Shown here: piece by piece, positions 48,090 through 60,914 of the stretch
Layout: each line of letters begins with the position of its first letter
Position numbering within the stretch: position 1 is the stretch's first letter
Assembly: GCA_043228905.1 (NCBI GenBank)
Contig: JBHGNT010000016.1
Location: 14,136,001 to 14,200,000 of the forward strand
Direction of reading: 5' to 3'
DNA from: Azolla caroliniana
Lineage: Eukaryota > Plantae > Polypodiophyta
DNA length: 64,000 nucleotides
The notes under the pieces: model-generated
What the model was told of the DNA's origin: nothing
Databases searched by the model: none
The model's input: the letters and a program-made list of their open reading frames with translations, nothing else
Program-made: the position numbers and the translations under genes

Positions 48090-48273
48090 TCTTAGTGTTA
48101 TAGTTGATTTGGAGCACGCCACCTGCAGCAAGAGGGGGGCCATCCAAATACTCGCAAGAGGTGTAGTGTTGTGGAACGACTTTAGGAAGAGTGTCTTGAA
48201 AGTTCTTTATAAATAGCCTCCAAACCTCTTTTGGTGAATGCCCGACTAACGCCTCTACCTCAAATTGTTTCAT
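48090..48273 (-). CDS. Bet v 1 / PR-10 / MLP-like (START-fold) protein, exon 1
   Basis: MKQFEVEALVGHSPKEVWRLFIKNFQDTLPKVVPQHYTSCEYLDGPPLAAGGVLQINYNTK; 184 nt followed by a GTAAGA donor at 48089. A phase-1 intron at codon 62 is the position conserved in PR-10 genes. Confidence 0.88.
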
Positions 48274-48320
48274 GTTGTCCCTCCTTTTGTCTCTATTGTG
48301 AATACTGAATCAACTCAATG

Positions 48321-48334
48321 AGTATATATATACT
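48321..48334 (-). promoter_or_regulatory. Putative TATA box of the Bet v 1-like gene
   Basis: AGTATATATATACT about 50-60 bp upstream of the ATG. Confidence 0.55.
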
Positions 48335-48851
48335 TCAGAAGAATTTAAAAGTATATGAGCACATGGTAATACATTAAAAAAGAAAACATTCAAGAATTTC
48401 ATGTGATCTATGTTGTCTACTACACGTGGAAGAAAGAACTCATATCGTGCTTTATATAGCTTAGACATCTACACAACTAGACTCAATAATTTTCAATTCC
48501 ACAAGAAATCATGTTACTTTATCACTTGAAAGACATTATGACATGTATACTCTAAACTTTAAAACTCTTTGTCCTCTTTTCTTTCAATTTGACTGAACAT
48601 CTTCGAAGACCAAAATTGACTCATGAGAAAAATGACACAAAAATGCGATTCGTATTGTATTATTGAAAAAAAAAACAATAAAAATCTACAACAAAACAAG
48701 TGACTTTGAAGCCCATATTCGACGGTGTTTGATTGCTCTTTAGTTTTGTACTATAGAGATAGATAGACAAATATTTTTTGTGTCAATAGAGATGCCAATA
48801 TTGACCCATGAGACCTACGTTCAGAAGTTTTCTTCATGTGTATCTCCTTTT

Positions 48852-49114
48852 TAAGAAGAGATATTCATATGCTAAAGCACCAAGTCTCAATGTGGGAATA
48901 AGGCATGCACATGAGCTCAACCTCTTGTAGTTTACATCCAACATTTCCAACAAGATGTGGTAATCTATGATTTAGGATATTCTTGACTTTTCTAATGTAT
49001 CTATATACTCTTTGTAGTGCCAATATGTCTTGCGTATTCTTGACATACGTTTTGACTACCTAAACTTTGATCTCATACGCATGCCTTATTCCCACATATG
49101 AATTGCTCTTCTTA
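48852..49114. mobile_element. MITE-like element with terminal inverted repeats
   Basis: ATGTGGGAATAAGGCATGC.. (48890-48920) is inverted at 49067-49097; outer TAAGAAGAGatATTCATATG (48852-48871) is inverted at 49095-49114; TA at both ends. Confidence 0.65.
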
Positions 49115-49119
49115 TGAAT

Positions 49120-49570
49120 AACAATTGGCAACGGTTTGGTTTGAACCAAACTGAACCGCAAAAGCACGGCTTAACGAACTAACGATTTAAACGGTTCAGT
49201 TCGGTTCTATTTTCAACGGTTTGATACCACAGTTTTAACAGTTTAATGGTTTTAAATTTATTTAATTTATATTCAATGATTCAGTATGAATCGCATATTG
49301 TATCATTGATCTCATTAGACAATTTTGGTCTTAGAAGATGTTCATATATCCTTCTTTCTTCTTTCTCTGTCTTTCTTAAAAGACGATATATCTTTATTTC
49401 CCTATGTGTGTGTGTGCCTATTAGTTTAAAAGTATAAAAATGGCTTAACCAATTTCAGTGGATTCAACGAGTTTCAATCCGAACCCAATCAAGCTCAAAT
49501 CGGTTCAACAAACACAAGCACCGAAACACCAAAATGTTTAACGATGGTTTAACGACTCAATTCCTCCTTG
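49120..49570. mobile_element. Possible hAT-type non-autonomous relic (AACCG/CGGTT subterminal repeats)
   Basis: Clusters of AACGGTT / AACCG / CGGTTC motifs at 49130-49245 and 49445-49555; no TIR/TSD resolved. Confidence 0.35.
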
Positions 49571-49659
49571 AGCCAAACACTTACCGACTTCTAATTCTTA
49601 TTACTCTCAACTTCATACATCTTGAAAGGTTCATATGTTGTTTGCGTGTTACGGAGTTC

Positions 49660-49988
49660 ACATGTATGAGCAAATCACAACAACAATTTCTTTAAAGCAT
49701 TTTAAATAATTTAATGCATTAAAATATTACCCATGTGTTATATAATAGATAGATACGAATGAGACATGAGAGTAGATTAAACTTATCTTTCAAGTCAAAT
49801 TGAAAGAAAAGAGGACAAAGAATTTACATGTATGATCAAGTCACAACGACAATTTCTTTAAAGCATTTTAAATCATTTAATGCTTTGAAATATTACCCAT
49901 GTGTTATTCTATAGATTTGAATGAGACATGAGAGTAGATTAAACTTATCTTTCAAGTCAAATCGAAAGAAAAGAGGACAAAGAGTTTA
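49660..49988 (+). repeat. Tandem duplication, ~165-bp unit x2
   Basis: CATGTATGA..TCACAAC..ATTTCTTTAAAGCATTTTAAA...GAAAGAAAAGAGGACAAAGA repeated at ~49660 and ~49827. Confidence 0.85.
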
Positions 49989-50228
49989 AACTTTAGAGTA
50001 TACATGTCATAATATCTTTCAAGTGGTAAACTAACATAATTTCTTGTGGAACTAAATATGAATTTCATTGACTCTATTATGTAGATGTCCAACCTATATG
50101 AAGCACGATGAGAGTCTTTTCTCGTGAATGATTAAGAATATGATATATTGATATCAAAACATGTTGGTAAATAATTTTAAAGTCATAAACTTGTTATGAG
50201 GCTACATGTTCATATGAATCAAAGGTTA

Positions 50229-53200
50229 TGAAAGAGTAATGATAGAAAGAAGAGATATAGATCCATAACAACAAAGATCTATTGATAATGACTCAACCAC
50301 ATTACATGAATGGGGAAGAAAACATCACAAGAAGTAGACTAAAAACAAAACCCCCAACCTTACTTTCCTCCCCTTATTACAAAGGTATCACTTCTTCTAT
50401 CTCCCCTTCTATACTCCCCTTCTCACTTCTTATAATCTTCTTCTTCTCTTTTTCACGTTTTTTTTAGAAGTTTTTTATCTCCTATTTTTAGCTATGACAC
50501 AACGACCTTCTAATCGTCATATCTCCCTCATCCGAGCTCTACATTTAGAGATTAAAAAAGCTACGGATAACTCTCTTTACAAGATTTCCAACCTATATTT
50601 GAACATAATATTTGGCTTCCAAACAAATGAGTTATGAGCGTTCGTTTTAGATTGTGTTTTGGTGGCCCGCTTTTTTCTTCTTTTACTTTTCTCCACGTGT
50701 CTTGCTTTTAGTTTAACTTATCCTCAAGACCTTGGTTTGTGTTCTTGACCTCCGGATGTGAATGCTCCATACCTTATATTCTTGTAGTGTTCAATACCTT
50801 GAATTCTAAAAACACTTTCACATTTAGCCCTCCCCCTTGCTTCTTGGTGAACCCTAAGCTACTAATAAAACCAAAGATTCTTCTTTGCCTTATTCATGGC
50901 TATAAACAAAGAAGGAGAGAATAAATAAAAAAGAAACAAATTATGTGAGTAAAACCCCTGCTAGTCGGTAGGAAAAACTTCACACTTCTAAACACACACA
51001 CACACATTGACAATTTCCATCACCATCTTTCTCCTTGTCAACACAAAGAAAGAGACTAGCACAATTATTATGTCTTCGTCCACTCTCTAAACACGAGTAG
51101 GGTCATGCAATACTTAGCTCTTGAGAGAAGTACATATGAATAAACCTTTCAAGTGAGCGAACCTTTTCCACAAATAGCTTCAAAGCTTTGAGACTTGTTG
51201 GAATTGTCACCTTTTGAATTACTTTGATCTTTGACTCATCCATATTAATTCCTTCTTGGCATACCACATTCTCCACACTACCTTGTTTTTTATAAATGAC
51301 TATTTCATCAACAATCTCATCTCGGAAAGGAAGTGAAAATTGATCTTTTTTTGGTTGAATCAATGAAGGGTTTGAAGTTGATGTCATTATGCTTTGGAAC
51401 CATAACAATAGGTGACACACACTTCAAATCCTCCATATTATAAATGAAACTATATCGTAACAAAGCTTTATGATCTTCTTTTTGCACAACCTCAAATTGT
51501 TGAAGCATTTGGGCAATTATTCAACTTAATATGGTGTTTGATACCATCTTCTCCTATTACCTGTGAATAGACATTTATGAGTAACTTTGGAAACTTAGAA
51601 AGAAGAGAAATAAACATTAGATACTCTTCTCCTTGGATATCGTTTGAAATCATCTTCTCTTTTTCCTCCAAGGTGATAATACTTTTCTCTTCAATGACTT
51701 CTTCTTCCTTCGTAGACACCACATGGAATGCTTTGTTTTCCCTATCCCATGAAGATACATCAATTGTTATGCTTTCCTCTTCTTGCTTGCCATTGTTGAT
51801 AGATGATTCTTTCTCCTTTATACATTTGACTAGTTGTTGTAGATACAAGTTGTAGAAGATGTTAAACCCCTTTGATGGTGATAAGTTCATGATACTCCAA
51901 TCATGTATGACATGTAATTCTTGCATCCAAGGTCTTACTAATATTAAGGAATAAGATGGACCTTTAATGAGTATTACATGTAAATCCATGGAAATGGATA
52001 TGCCAAAAAAATCAATAACCTTATCCTCTATAGCTCCCAAACAAGGAACCAAACTCTTGTCAACCATGTTGGAGGACTTTTGACAAATAGAATGTCCAAT
52101 CTTACTCACCATGACATTGGATGAAGGACCAATTCTATGACCAGTCTTTAGGCGTTTGACTACATCAGACCACGTCTTGGTCTTGGCCTTTACGCCCTTC
52201 TTGGCTGTATCTCCCCCTGATTTGGCTATCCTCGGCTCTTTCTTATGCTTATGGTCCTTGCTTCCGTCTTCGGCTTCTTTAGCCGGTTCGAAGTCAAATT
52301 CTCCATCCGACTCCGCATCTCGGTCACTTCCGCCGTGATGCTTACCTCCGCTCCTTTCATGCTCTGGTCCCTGATCTTCCTCTCTCCCCCTCAAGTTCAG
52401 CATGTCGAGGTGACACAACCCAAGCGCACCCGAGAAATGCCGCAACTTGTCGAGACCAAATGGTTTTGTGAAGATGTCGGGAATTTGCCGATCAATCGAA
52501 ACATGTACCAATTCAACTTCTCCTGAAAGGACCCACTTGCGGACAAAATGGTAATGCACCTCAATGTGCTTGGTTCGGGCATGGAACACAGGGTTTTTCA
52601 CAAGGTGGATACTGCTAAGGTTGTCGCAATAGATCATCGTCGGGTCAGATACCTCTACCTGCAGAACCCGTAATAGCCGTTTCAGCCAAATGAGTTCGCA
52701 TGTAGTGATAGTTGCCCCTCGATATTCGGCCTCCGTGCTCGACAGTGCTATTGTCGGCTGCTTTTTGCTGCTCCACGTGATCGCAACACTTCCTAATGAG
52801 AAGGCATATCCGGATGTGGATCGACGATCGTGGGCGTTTCCAGCCCAATCGGCATCCGTGTAGCTGACGAACTGTTCGACTATGCCAGCCCGATAAAACA
52901 ACGCCATGTCTTTCGTGCTGCTGACATAATGTAGTATCCGTTGCGCGCACTGAAAGTGTTCGACTGTAGGCTGCGACATGAATTTACTGATTAGGCCGAT
53001 TGGATAACTAAGATCCGGCTGAGTAATCGTCAGATAGATAAGGCTGTTGACAATTTGTCGGAACCGTGTTGGGTCTCACACCTTTCCCGAATCTCGGCGA
53101 AGCTTGACGGTTCTGTCCAGAGGGGTCGAGATGGGCTTACAATTTGCCATCCTGAACTTGAAGAGCATATTCAGCGCGTAATGACGCTGGCTGATCAAAA

Positions 53201-56200
53201 TGCCTTCGAGGTTGCGGATCACTTTGATCCCGAGGAAGTAATGAAGGTCTCCGAGATCCTTCATTTCAAACGATGCCGCAAGCTGAGACTTCAGGCGGCG
53301 GATTTCGTCAAGGTCAGCACCGACGATGACTAAATCATCAACATACAAGAGTAGGCTAACCGGTCCATATTGTCCTTGCGAAAAAAATAGAGAAGAGTCT
53401 AATTTCGACGACGCAAACCCCATCCTACGCAACTGTTGCGTAATCTTTGCGTTCCAAGCTCGTGGGGCTTGCTTCAGTCCGTATAAGGATTTCTTCAATT
53501 GGCAAACTGCCGAGGTGTTTTGTTTAGATAGAAATCTGGGGTGCTGTACCATGTACACCTGTTCCTCAAGATCACCTTGCAGGAACATGTTCTTTACATC
53601 CATTTGATGTAAGTCCCACCCCTTTGCCGTTGCTACGGGGTCTTGTCATAGTCCACCTCGTGCTTCTGCGCGTAGCCTTTCGCTACCAACCTTGGCCTTG
53701 TATTGGTTGACCGAGCCGTCAGTGTTGTACTTGACCTTGTACACCCACCTACATGCAATTGGCTTCACACCCTTCGGTGCGTCAACTAGGTCCCAGGTTT
53801 CATTCTCCAATAATGCGCGTATCTCTTCCTCCATTGCGGCATGCCAGTTCGCGTCTTTCGCCGCTTCTACGTAGCTCTCCAGCTCACGCACTTCCGCCAC
53901 TCACGTCATGTACGCGTAATGGTGCGCCATGTACTCATTATACCCGTATCTCTTTACGGGGTTCTTCTGGTGGGTAGATCGGCTTAAATCATGATCACCC
54001 GATTTAACAACCTTTTCGGCCGAGTTTGACCTTTGCCACGAAGGTTTCTTTACGATCGGCTCAATGTCAGATTCGCTTCGAACTTACTCGGCACTGCCGA
54101 AATCGTACTCCGGCATTTTCTTCTTGCCCTTCTCCGTGCGCGTAAACCGTCTCCTCGGTTCTTTACGCGGGGACATCACGACTGAGTCTCCACTACTTGC
54201 CGTCTCATCATTTGGTTGGCCATCTTGGCCCAACCTTTCATTCGGCCTGCTTAGCCGAAATGAGATCGGACTCTCTCTTAGAGCTATGACATCCTCATCA
54301 TGCGGTGGCATTTAAGCCTCGCTGACCTCTTCTTCAAAAATCGGAATGGAGTCATGAGGTACTGGAGGTGAAGGCAAGTACCACAAGCGGACTCGTCGAA
54401 CATGACGTCGCGGCTTACGCGTACTTCCTTTGTTCGAGGGTCATAACACTTATACCCTTTCTGCTCATCTAAATAGCTGACCAAGATACATTTCTCAGCT
54501 TTAGCATCCAGTTTCCTCATTTTTTCCTTCGGCACATGCACATACACGATGCTACCGAAAATCCTCAAGTGTGCCAAGTTCGGCTTCTTCCCGAAATACA
54601 GCTCATGTGGCGACACTCCTCAATTAGTAGAAGTCCGATTCTGTAGGTAGACAATCGTCTTCACGCCTTCAACCCAATAGAATTTTGACATATGCTTCTC
54701 TTCAAGCATTGCCCTGGCTGCTTCTTCGATTGTCCGATTCTTCCGCTTGGCCACGCCGTTCTGCTACGACGTGTATCTACACGAGAATTCGCGTCGAATT
54801 CCCTCCTTTTGTAGATAACTTGTGAACTGGTCGGAGAAGTACTCCTTCCCGCCATCGGACCATAGGCATTTGATCTTACGCCTCGTTTCCCTTTCCGTAT
54901 GGCTCTTCACCTTCAGGAAACATGCGAAGACTTCGCTCTTCTTCTCAATCATGCATGCCCACGTGTGCCGAGTGAAGTCATCGATGAAAGTTACAAAGTA
55001 ACGGCTTCCACCGAGACTCACGTTCTGTGCCGGACCCCACACATCCGAATGGATCAAATCCAGCGGACTTCAACTATGATTATGCTCATTGGGGAATGGA
55101 AGTCGGTGTTGTTTTCCCTTCTGATAGGCTTAGCAAACTTGGCCATTTCGGCCACGAAATTTTGGCAAGCCGAAAACAATGTTCTTCGTCTACATTTCAC
55201 GAAGCCGTGGGAAATTCACATGGCCGAATCGCTTGTGCCACATGTCGATATCCGATTCGACCTTTTGTCCTTTCGCGTACAACGCGGTTCCGGCTTGATT
55301 AGTGTTGAGGATGAACATCCTCCCTTCACGGCGCCCTTGTGCGATTACTTTGCCTTCCTCTTCTATGAAGCAGCCGAGGTGCGTGAATCGAACTTGCATA
55401 TCTTGGTCGACGATCTGACGAACAGACACCAAGTTCTTCGTTATTGTCGGGACGTGCAACATGTTCATAAACTTCCCTTTTTGCCCGATGTGGCCGAGGG
55501 GAACTTCATCGACATGTTCGATGGTATGTGGGGTGTCATCTCCCGTTTCGACAACCCCATGTGATTCCGGCTTCTCCAAGTACGAGAACCATTCCTCGTG
55601 ACTCGTCAGATGAGTTGACGCTCCGGAATCGACATACCACACCTCGCTTGATTTTGAGGTATTCACGGACATTGAGTTGGCCTTATGCTTCATTACCAAC
55701 GTAGGGCCCGCTTCATCTCCGGCTCGTTCTGAGCCTTCCGCGAAGTGCGACTTCTGATGCCTTCCTATGCCTCTTCCGCTCGATCCAGCTTTGTCTGAAT
55801 CAGCTTGTTTCTTCCAGCATTCCGACGTGGCCTTCTCTTGCTGTCTTCCGGCGCATATATGACTCCCCCTGCTTCCGGAGGGTTCGGAATTGCTTCCGGC
55901 ATCTCGATTATGCCGTCCATTCTTCTCTTTTCGGCCGCCTCCATTGTGCACCGATCCACCTCGTTCACCACAACCACGGGGCCTATCATCCTCCATGTAG
56001 AGCATCTTGCCATCGGCGTGCACACTCATTGACGCACCTGCGTGGTTTTCTTCTACGAGCAACATTGATTGAAGCTCGAAAAACGAAGGCGTATTCTCCC
56101 TCGTGCAGCCCGCCGTTCGGAAAGCTCCGAACTTAAACGCTAACCCGCCAAGACAAACCTGCACCATCTCTTCCTCCTCAACGTTCACGTTGACAGAGGC

Positions 56201-58178
56201 AAGTGAGTCATAGATTTCTTTGGTCTTGGTGGTGTAGTCAGCCACCGACATATCTCGTTGTCGTACATTGCTCAACTCTTGCCTGAGTTGAAGCTTTCTG
56301 GCTGTAGTGCTTGTGGCGAAGAGCTTTTTGAGATTCGCCCACGCGTCCTTTGGCGTCTTAGCATCCCGAATATAGCTCAATAGCTGGTCGCTCACACAGG
56401 ATGCGAAGCAGTAGAGAACTCTGCCTGCCGCTTGTTCTCAAGCCGAAAAATCTCTGTGTGTCGAATCAGGTGCTACATCATTAGCTCCTTCGACATAACT
56501 CCAGTAGCCATGACCAAGTAGGTACTGGTGCATCTTGTACGACCAAGATGCGTAGTTGCTCTTGTTGATCTTTTCAGTCGGTATCGAGCTTCCCATAACT
56601 CTGTCCATATTACTGTCTTTTCCTTTTTCAAAATAGAATGAAGAACAACTTCAACTGTGTTCTGTAGCAAGCTTTTCTTGTCAGCTGTAGAGGACTTCAA
56701 CCCTCGCGCTCTGATACCATGTAAAAGAATACATTGTGTGGAAGCGTGTGTGTAAACGCAGAGTACATAGTTCGGAAATAAGACAATTCGATAAACTCAG
56801 AAAACGCAGAGACGGAGATGGAGAGGGAGAGACAGAGAGTGAGAGAGTAGACAATGTAAAAACTCAAATTCAAAATAATGACTCTCTGTACATACACCGT
56901 GCTCAGTGAGCAACTTTTATACAAGCCTTGACAATCGGGCTAACACAAGTACTGACAATACTTGACTGCTCATAAATGAGCCTCGACACTCACTCCCAAA
57001 ATTATTCCTTACGAGGAATATCTCTCTAACAACCTTTCGGTTTACGCACCTATATGGCCAAGTTGTGCATACTAACTTACGCGTCCAGTTTACGCACTGG
57101 GTTACTCACCATATTATGCACCCAATGTTGAGCTTGTCACTCAACAATACATCAAATCAAGAAGATTTACATTGGGAGGTATTGTTGGAACTTGAGCCAC
57201 TGGCAACGGTTCTCTATCCATAGAAGCTTGATTATTGTTGCTTGCATGGTTGTTAGAGGAAATTTAACATCCTTGAACTTGATAGATACCTCGTCCTAAA
57301 CCTCCTTTTCGTCTTGAAGGACATAGTGTAGCAATATGGCCTTCAACACCACAAGAATAACAAATCGGGACTGGTTTTTCTTGTGGCACCTCTCAAACTT
57401 GGTTGGTGTTGAAACTTGCTTGCATTTGGTGGAATTGATTGGTTAGCTCATCAAGGCATCGATTTAGTTGCTTGGGGAAAGTTCCATCTGTTCTTGAATG
57501 ATCTACATCTCGCAAAGATAGAAAGAAAAGATAAAGAAGTTATATAAATCGAAAACAACAAAGATGTATTGATAATGAATGATCATGATGGAAAGAAGAG
57601 AGAAAGAAGATACATAAATCCAAGTCTACAAAGATGTATTGGGAACAACTCAACCACACTATATGAACGGGAAAGAAAACACCATAAGAAATAGACTCAG
57701 AACTCTACCCCCAACCTTACTCTCCTCCCCTTATTACAAAGGTATCACTTCTTCTATCTCCCCTTTTATACTCCCCTTCTCACTTCTTATAATCTTCTTC
57801 TTCTCTTTTTCACGCTTTTTTTAGAAGTTTTTTATCTCCTATTTTTAGCTACGACACAACGACCTTCTAATAGTCATATCTCCATTATCCGAGCTCCAAA
57901 TTTAGAAATGTAAAAAGCTACGGATAGCTCTCTTTACAAGCGTGCCAACCTATAGTTGAACATATATTTGTCTTCTAAACGAATGAGTTATGAGAGGTCG
58001 TTTCAGATTGTGTTTTGGTGGCCCTCTTTTTTCTTCTTTTACTTTTCTCCAGGTGTCATGCTTTTAGTTTGACTTATCCTCAAGACCTTGGTTCGTGTTC
58101 TTGACCTCCGGATGTGAATGATCCATACCTTATATTCTTGTAGTGTTCAATACCTTGAATTCTAAAAACACTTTCATA
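50229..58178 (-). mobile_element. Old, heavily deleted Ty3/gypsy element with both LTRs; hosts a copia family B copy
   Basis: LTRs 50229-50822 and ~57576-58178; TSD GGTTA (50224-50228 / 58179-58183); canonical PPT GCAAGGGGGAGGG next to 50822; remnants of RT (GIKHHIKL, VSPIVMVPK, SKIKVI), protease (YSLIL.RPW) and a gag knuckle CYSCGVEGHIATLC (~57320-57365). Confidence 0.8.
52140..57146 (-). mobile_element. Degenerate copia family B element, 3' end deleted
   Basis: 5' LTR 56720-57146; PBS at 56706-56719; gag, PR (WYVDSGAS), INT, RT (LYVDDL), RNase H and start of the C-terminal extension; fused to the gypsy remnant at ~52140. Confidence 0.9.
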
Positions 58179-58620
58179 GGTTACAAGTAGGGAATCTAGG
58201 AAGAACTAAAGTCATTCTCTTCCACCCCTTATATCGTTAGGAGTAAATGTAACCTAATGCTCGCTTATACACAAATTGCGGTAGACAAAATATATGTGTT
58301 CTTGGAGTCGATTTATGTGCTTGTTCAGGTAACTTTCATGACCCAAGCAACAAAAGATAAAGTAACAAGAGGATATCTATCCCTCTCACTCTTAGAGAGA
58401 CAATGAGAATAGACATACTTTCAAGATCCACAAACAAAGGGATGGATCTTTGACTCTTCATTGACCCCGTCTGTCATGGATGGCACGGTAAGTTGGGTTG
58501 CAAAGCATGTGGTTGCAATTAGAGTCTACATTTCAAGCTAGTTGGAAAAGTTATATGGATATATGAATCAATGGTTACAAATGGGAAATCTAGGGAGTAC
58601 TAAAATTGTTATATGGTCAT
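58179..58620 (+). mobile_element. LINE ORF2 fragment, homologous to 40900-41220
   Basis: TTAGGAGTAAATGT.ACCTAA, ATGACCCAAGCA and CTTAGAGAGACAATG...CATACTTTCAAGA are shared with the reverse complement of 40950-41195; NLGRTKVI motif. Confidence 0.7.
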
Positions 58621-59849
58621 GTCGACCAAAGAGGAATCATGAGTTCTTCAAGTGGTGCACCTTCGGACGGCCCATAAACCATGTTAGCCAGGGGGTCCCT
58701 AACATAACACTCGATAAGCTCCTTCTTCAATGTCTAGAGTGAGTCGTTGAGACCATAACACTCGAGAAACCTTCCATCGAGTTGTTCCTAGTTGCAACAA
58801 ATCGCATGTATCTCAATCACGTTAGGATGGATGCTTGGCGCTATGACCTTGGTGAAGCTACCCAATCGTCTTTCTTCGAGGATGTCCTTCATGAAAATTT
58901 TGGCTTTACAGGCCTCCAAGAAGCTGATGGCATCCTTTCCATTAAATTGGCCTATTGTGCCGATTATGTTCTCCATGGTGCTATCGAGGCTAGCTGAGCT
59001 CTCTCAAGCATTCACCAAATGGTCAACAACAATTGTCATTGCCATTGCCTCAGCGACTTACTGCCTCACATCCTAGGATTCCCTTGCCTCCTTTTTCGCA
59101 TCAGGTTCACCAAGATGTCACAAAATCTATGCCTGCGGGTCTTATTGGGTGGGACAATAGGGGTCTCAGACCAGGGAGCCTAATGATAGGTGCCGACTGC
59201 ATGTTTGCTGTGATCGTATTGGCTTCTAGACGATGAGTGCACCGGCTTGTAGATGCACACCGGCAAACATGAGAATAACAAGAGAGGAAATGATCAAAGA
59301 AGGATCTCACGGTACACAATACACGTCCATAACAGAAGACAACAAATTGATTAATAGTAGAGACAAGATGCAAGGTTGGCCCTAGGACAGAATAGAGATT
59401 TGAGCTCAGCCCACGCGCACACAAGTGAGCATATGGTCTGGAGCACATGAGCTACCATCATGAGAAGAGACCTCACACCCCCTTTACCAAACAAGCAGAA
59501 TAGAATACCTACTAGGCACTCGATGCCACAATCCGACAACACCGTCCCCCCTTTTTACGATCCCTCCAAAACAATGTCCATCTCTTCCTTTTATAGCCCA
59601 AGGAAGGTGCGTTACATCAGTTGTAATGACAACCATTTTGTTCAAAGATTTCCCATGATTTTCCACCATCACGTCCTATTATTTCTCCTCTCTTTCTAGA
59701 ACCCATAAGTACTAATAAAGCTAGCTTGTCTTGTACTTATTGATACAATGTTATTTATACATAAGACCTAGTTCATGTGCATGCATGCACACCCTTGTTC
59801 ACTCACATCCTACAAACTTTCCTCCTAGTGGCCAGAATCCTTCACGACA
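58620..59849 (-). mobile_element. 5' fragment of a gypsy-like element (probable LTR ~59184-59849 plus gag start)
   Basis: Minus ORF IGQFNGKDAISFLEA...EERRLGSF resembles a retrotransposon gag N-terminus; putative LTR TGTCGTGAAG...TATCA, with a similar start at 63866. Confidence 0.5.
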
Positions 59850-60427
59850 GCGTGAAGAAGGCCAATGAGGTCCCAAGGAGCAGTTAAGCCGATCCGATGG
59901 GTCGAGTACTGTGAGATTGGATGGGTTATGGAGCACAAACAAGGAGAAGCTAGAGCGGTGGACCATCTAGAACTAACAAGAGACATCAAGTTGAGCTTGA
60001 GGGGGAGTGTTGAGAGACAAGCTCAAAATGAGCTAAATCGGCTAAAGGCCGAAGGGCTAGATCGACTGAAGAAGCGATAGCCGAGTGGGCTGAGGAGAGT
60101 CGGTTGAAGAAGCTGAGAGACAAAGCGGTTGAAGAAGCCGACAAGTCGTTAAAGACTATATTTCTATTCATAGTAATAGGAAGATTTTAGGGAATTAGTG
60201 ATAGACGCTCATTTGTGAGCATACAAGTACTTAATGTCAACCCATTGTCAGGGCTTCCATACAAGCGCTCACGGAGCACAATAGTATGTACAAAACGTTA
60301 TTATTTTTTGAAACAAGTTGTTGTCTACTAACTCTATCTCCATCTATGTGTTTACCTAACTATATTTTGGTGTCCGACTGAATCGGCTGTCTTGTCTAAA
60401 GGCTTCTGCATACACTATTCTTTTACA
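59850..60427 (+). mobile_element. Copia family B 3' end: PPT and 3' LTR (60008-60427)
   Basis: TTGAGCTTGAGGGGGAG followed by TGTTGAGAGACAAGCTC; ends CTATTCTTTTACA like the other family B LTRs. Confidence 0.85.
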
Positions 60428-60810
60428 ACATAAATAACATATCCTAGTTTGTTCAGATTGGACAATGTGAATATGGCCATTATATACCCGTATTCGACAT
60501 AGACATGTGATGGGCATATACATCAAGGAGAAATTTGTAATATAAAATAGATATATACAAAAAGATGTTAGGATAGATCGGCATATAACCAAATCGGTAA
60601 TGGCCAAAAGAAATATAGGCCGAATCGGGTGGTTCAAGAACAAACGCCAGATCGGCTGTCAAGGCTGATTGTTCGAAGCTATCTCTGTTGTTTGACTCCA
60701 TCAGACCAATTTCTCTTTAAGCCCACCTCGTGCCTCAATAATCGGAATCGGTCAACCGAAAGACACTTGTTCATCCAATCTACTACATTGTCCGCGGTAG
60801 AGATATTCTA
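60428..60810 (-). mobile_element. Copia family A 3' fragment (RNase H end, 3' UTR, LTR start at 60499)
   Basis: Reverse complement gives DNVVDWMNKCLSVDRFR and TGTCGAATACGGGTATATAATGGCC, matching the LTR at 4180. Confidence 0.75.
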
Positions 60811-60914
60811 GAGCCCAAGCCTTTTTTCAATCCAAATTTTCATAGTTTTTAGAATTTTTTTGGTATTTTGTTTGTCTATTTTCTCATAAATAACTATATA
60901 GAAATTGAAAAAAT

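Noticed and set aside
51492-52979. 495-aa ORF as a novel RNase H-protease fusion protein
   Set aside because: It is an accidental in-frame deletion junction (~52140) between a copia RNase H/tail and a decayed gypsy protease-RT remnant; the gypsy motifs are degenerate and there is no promoter or start context.
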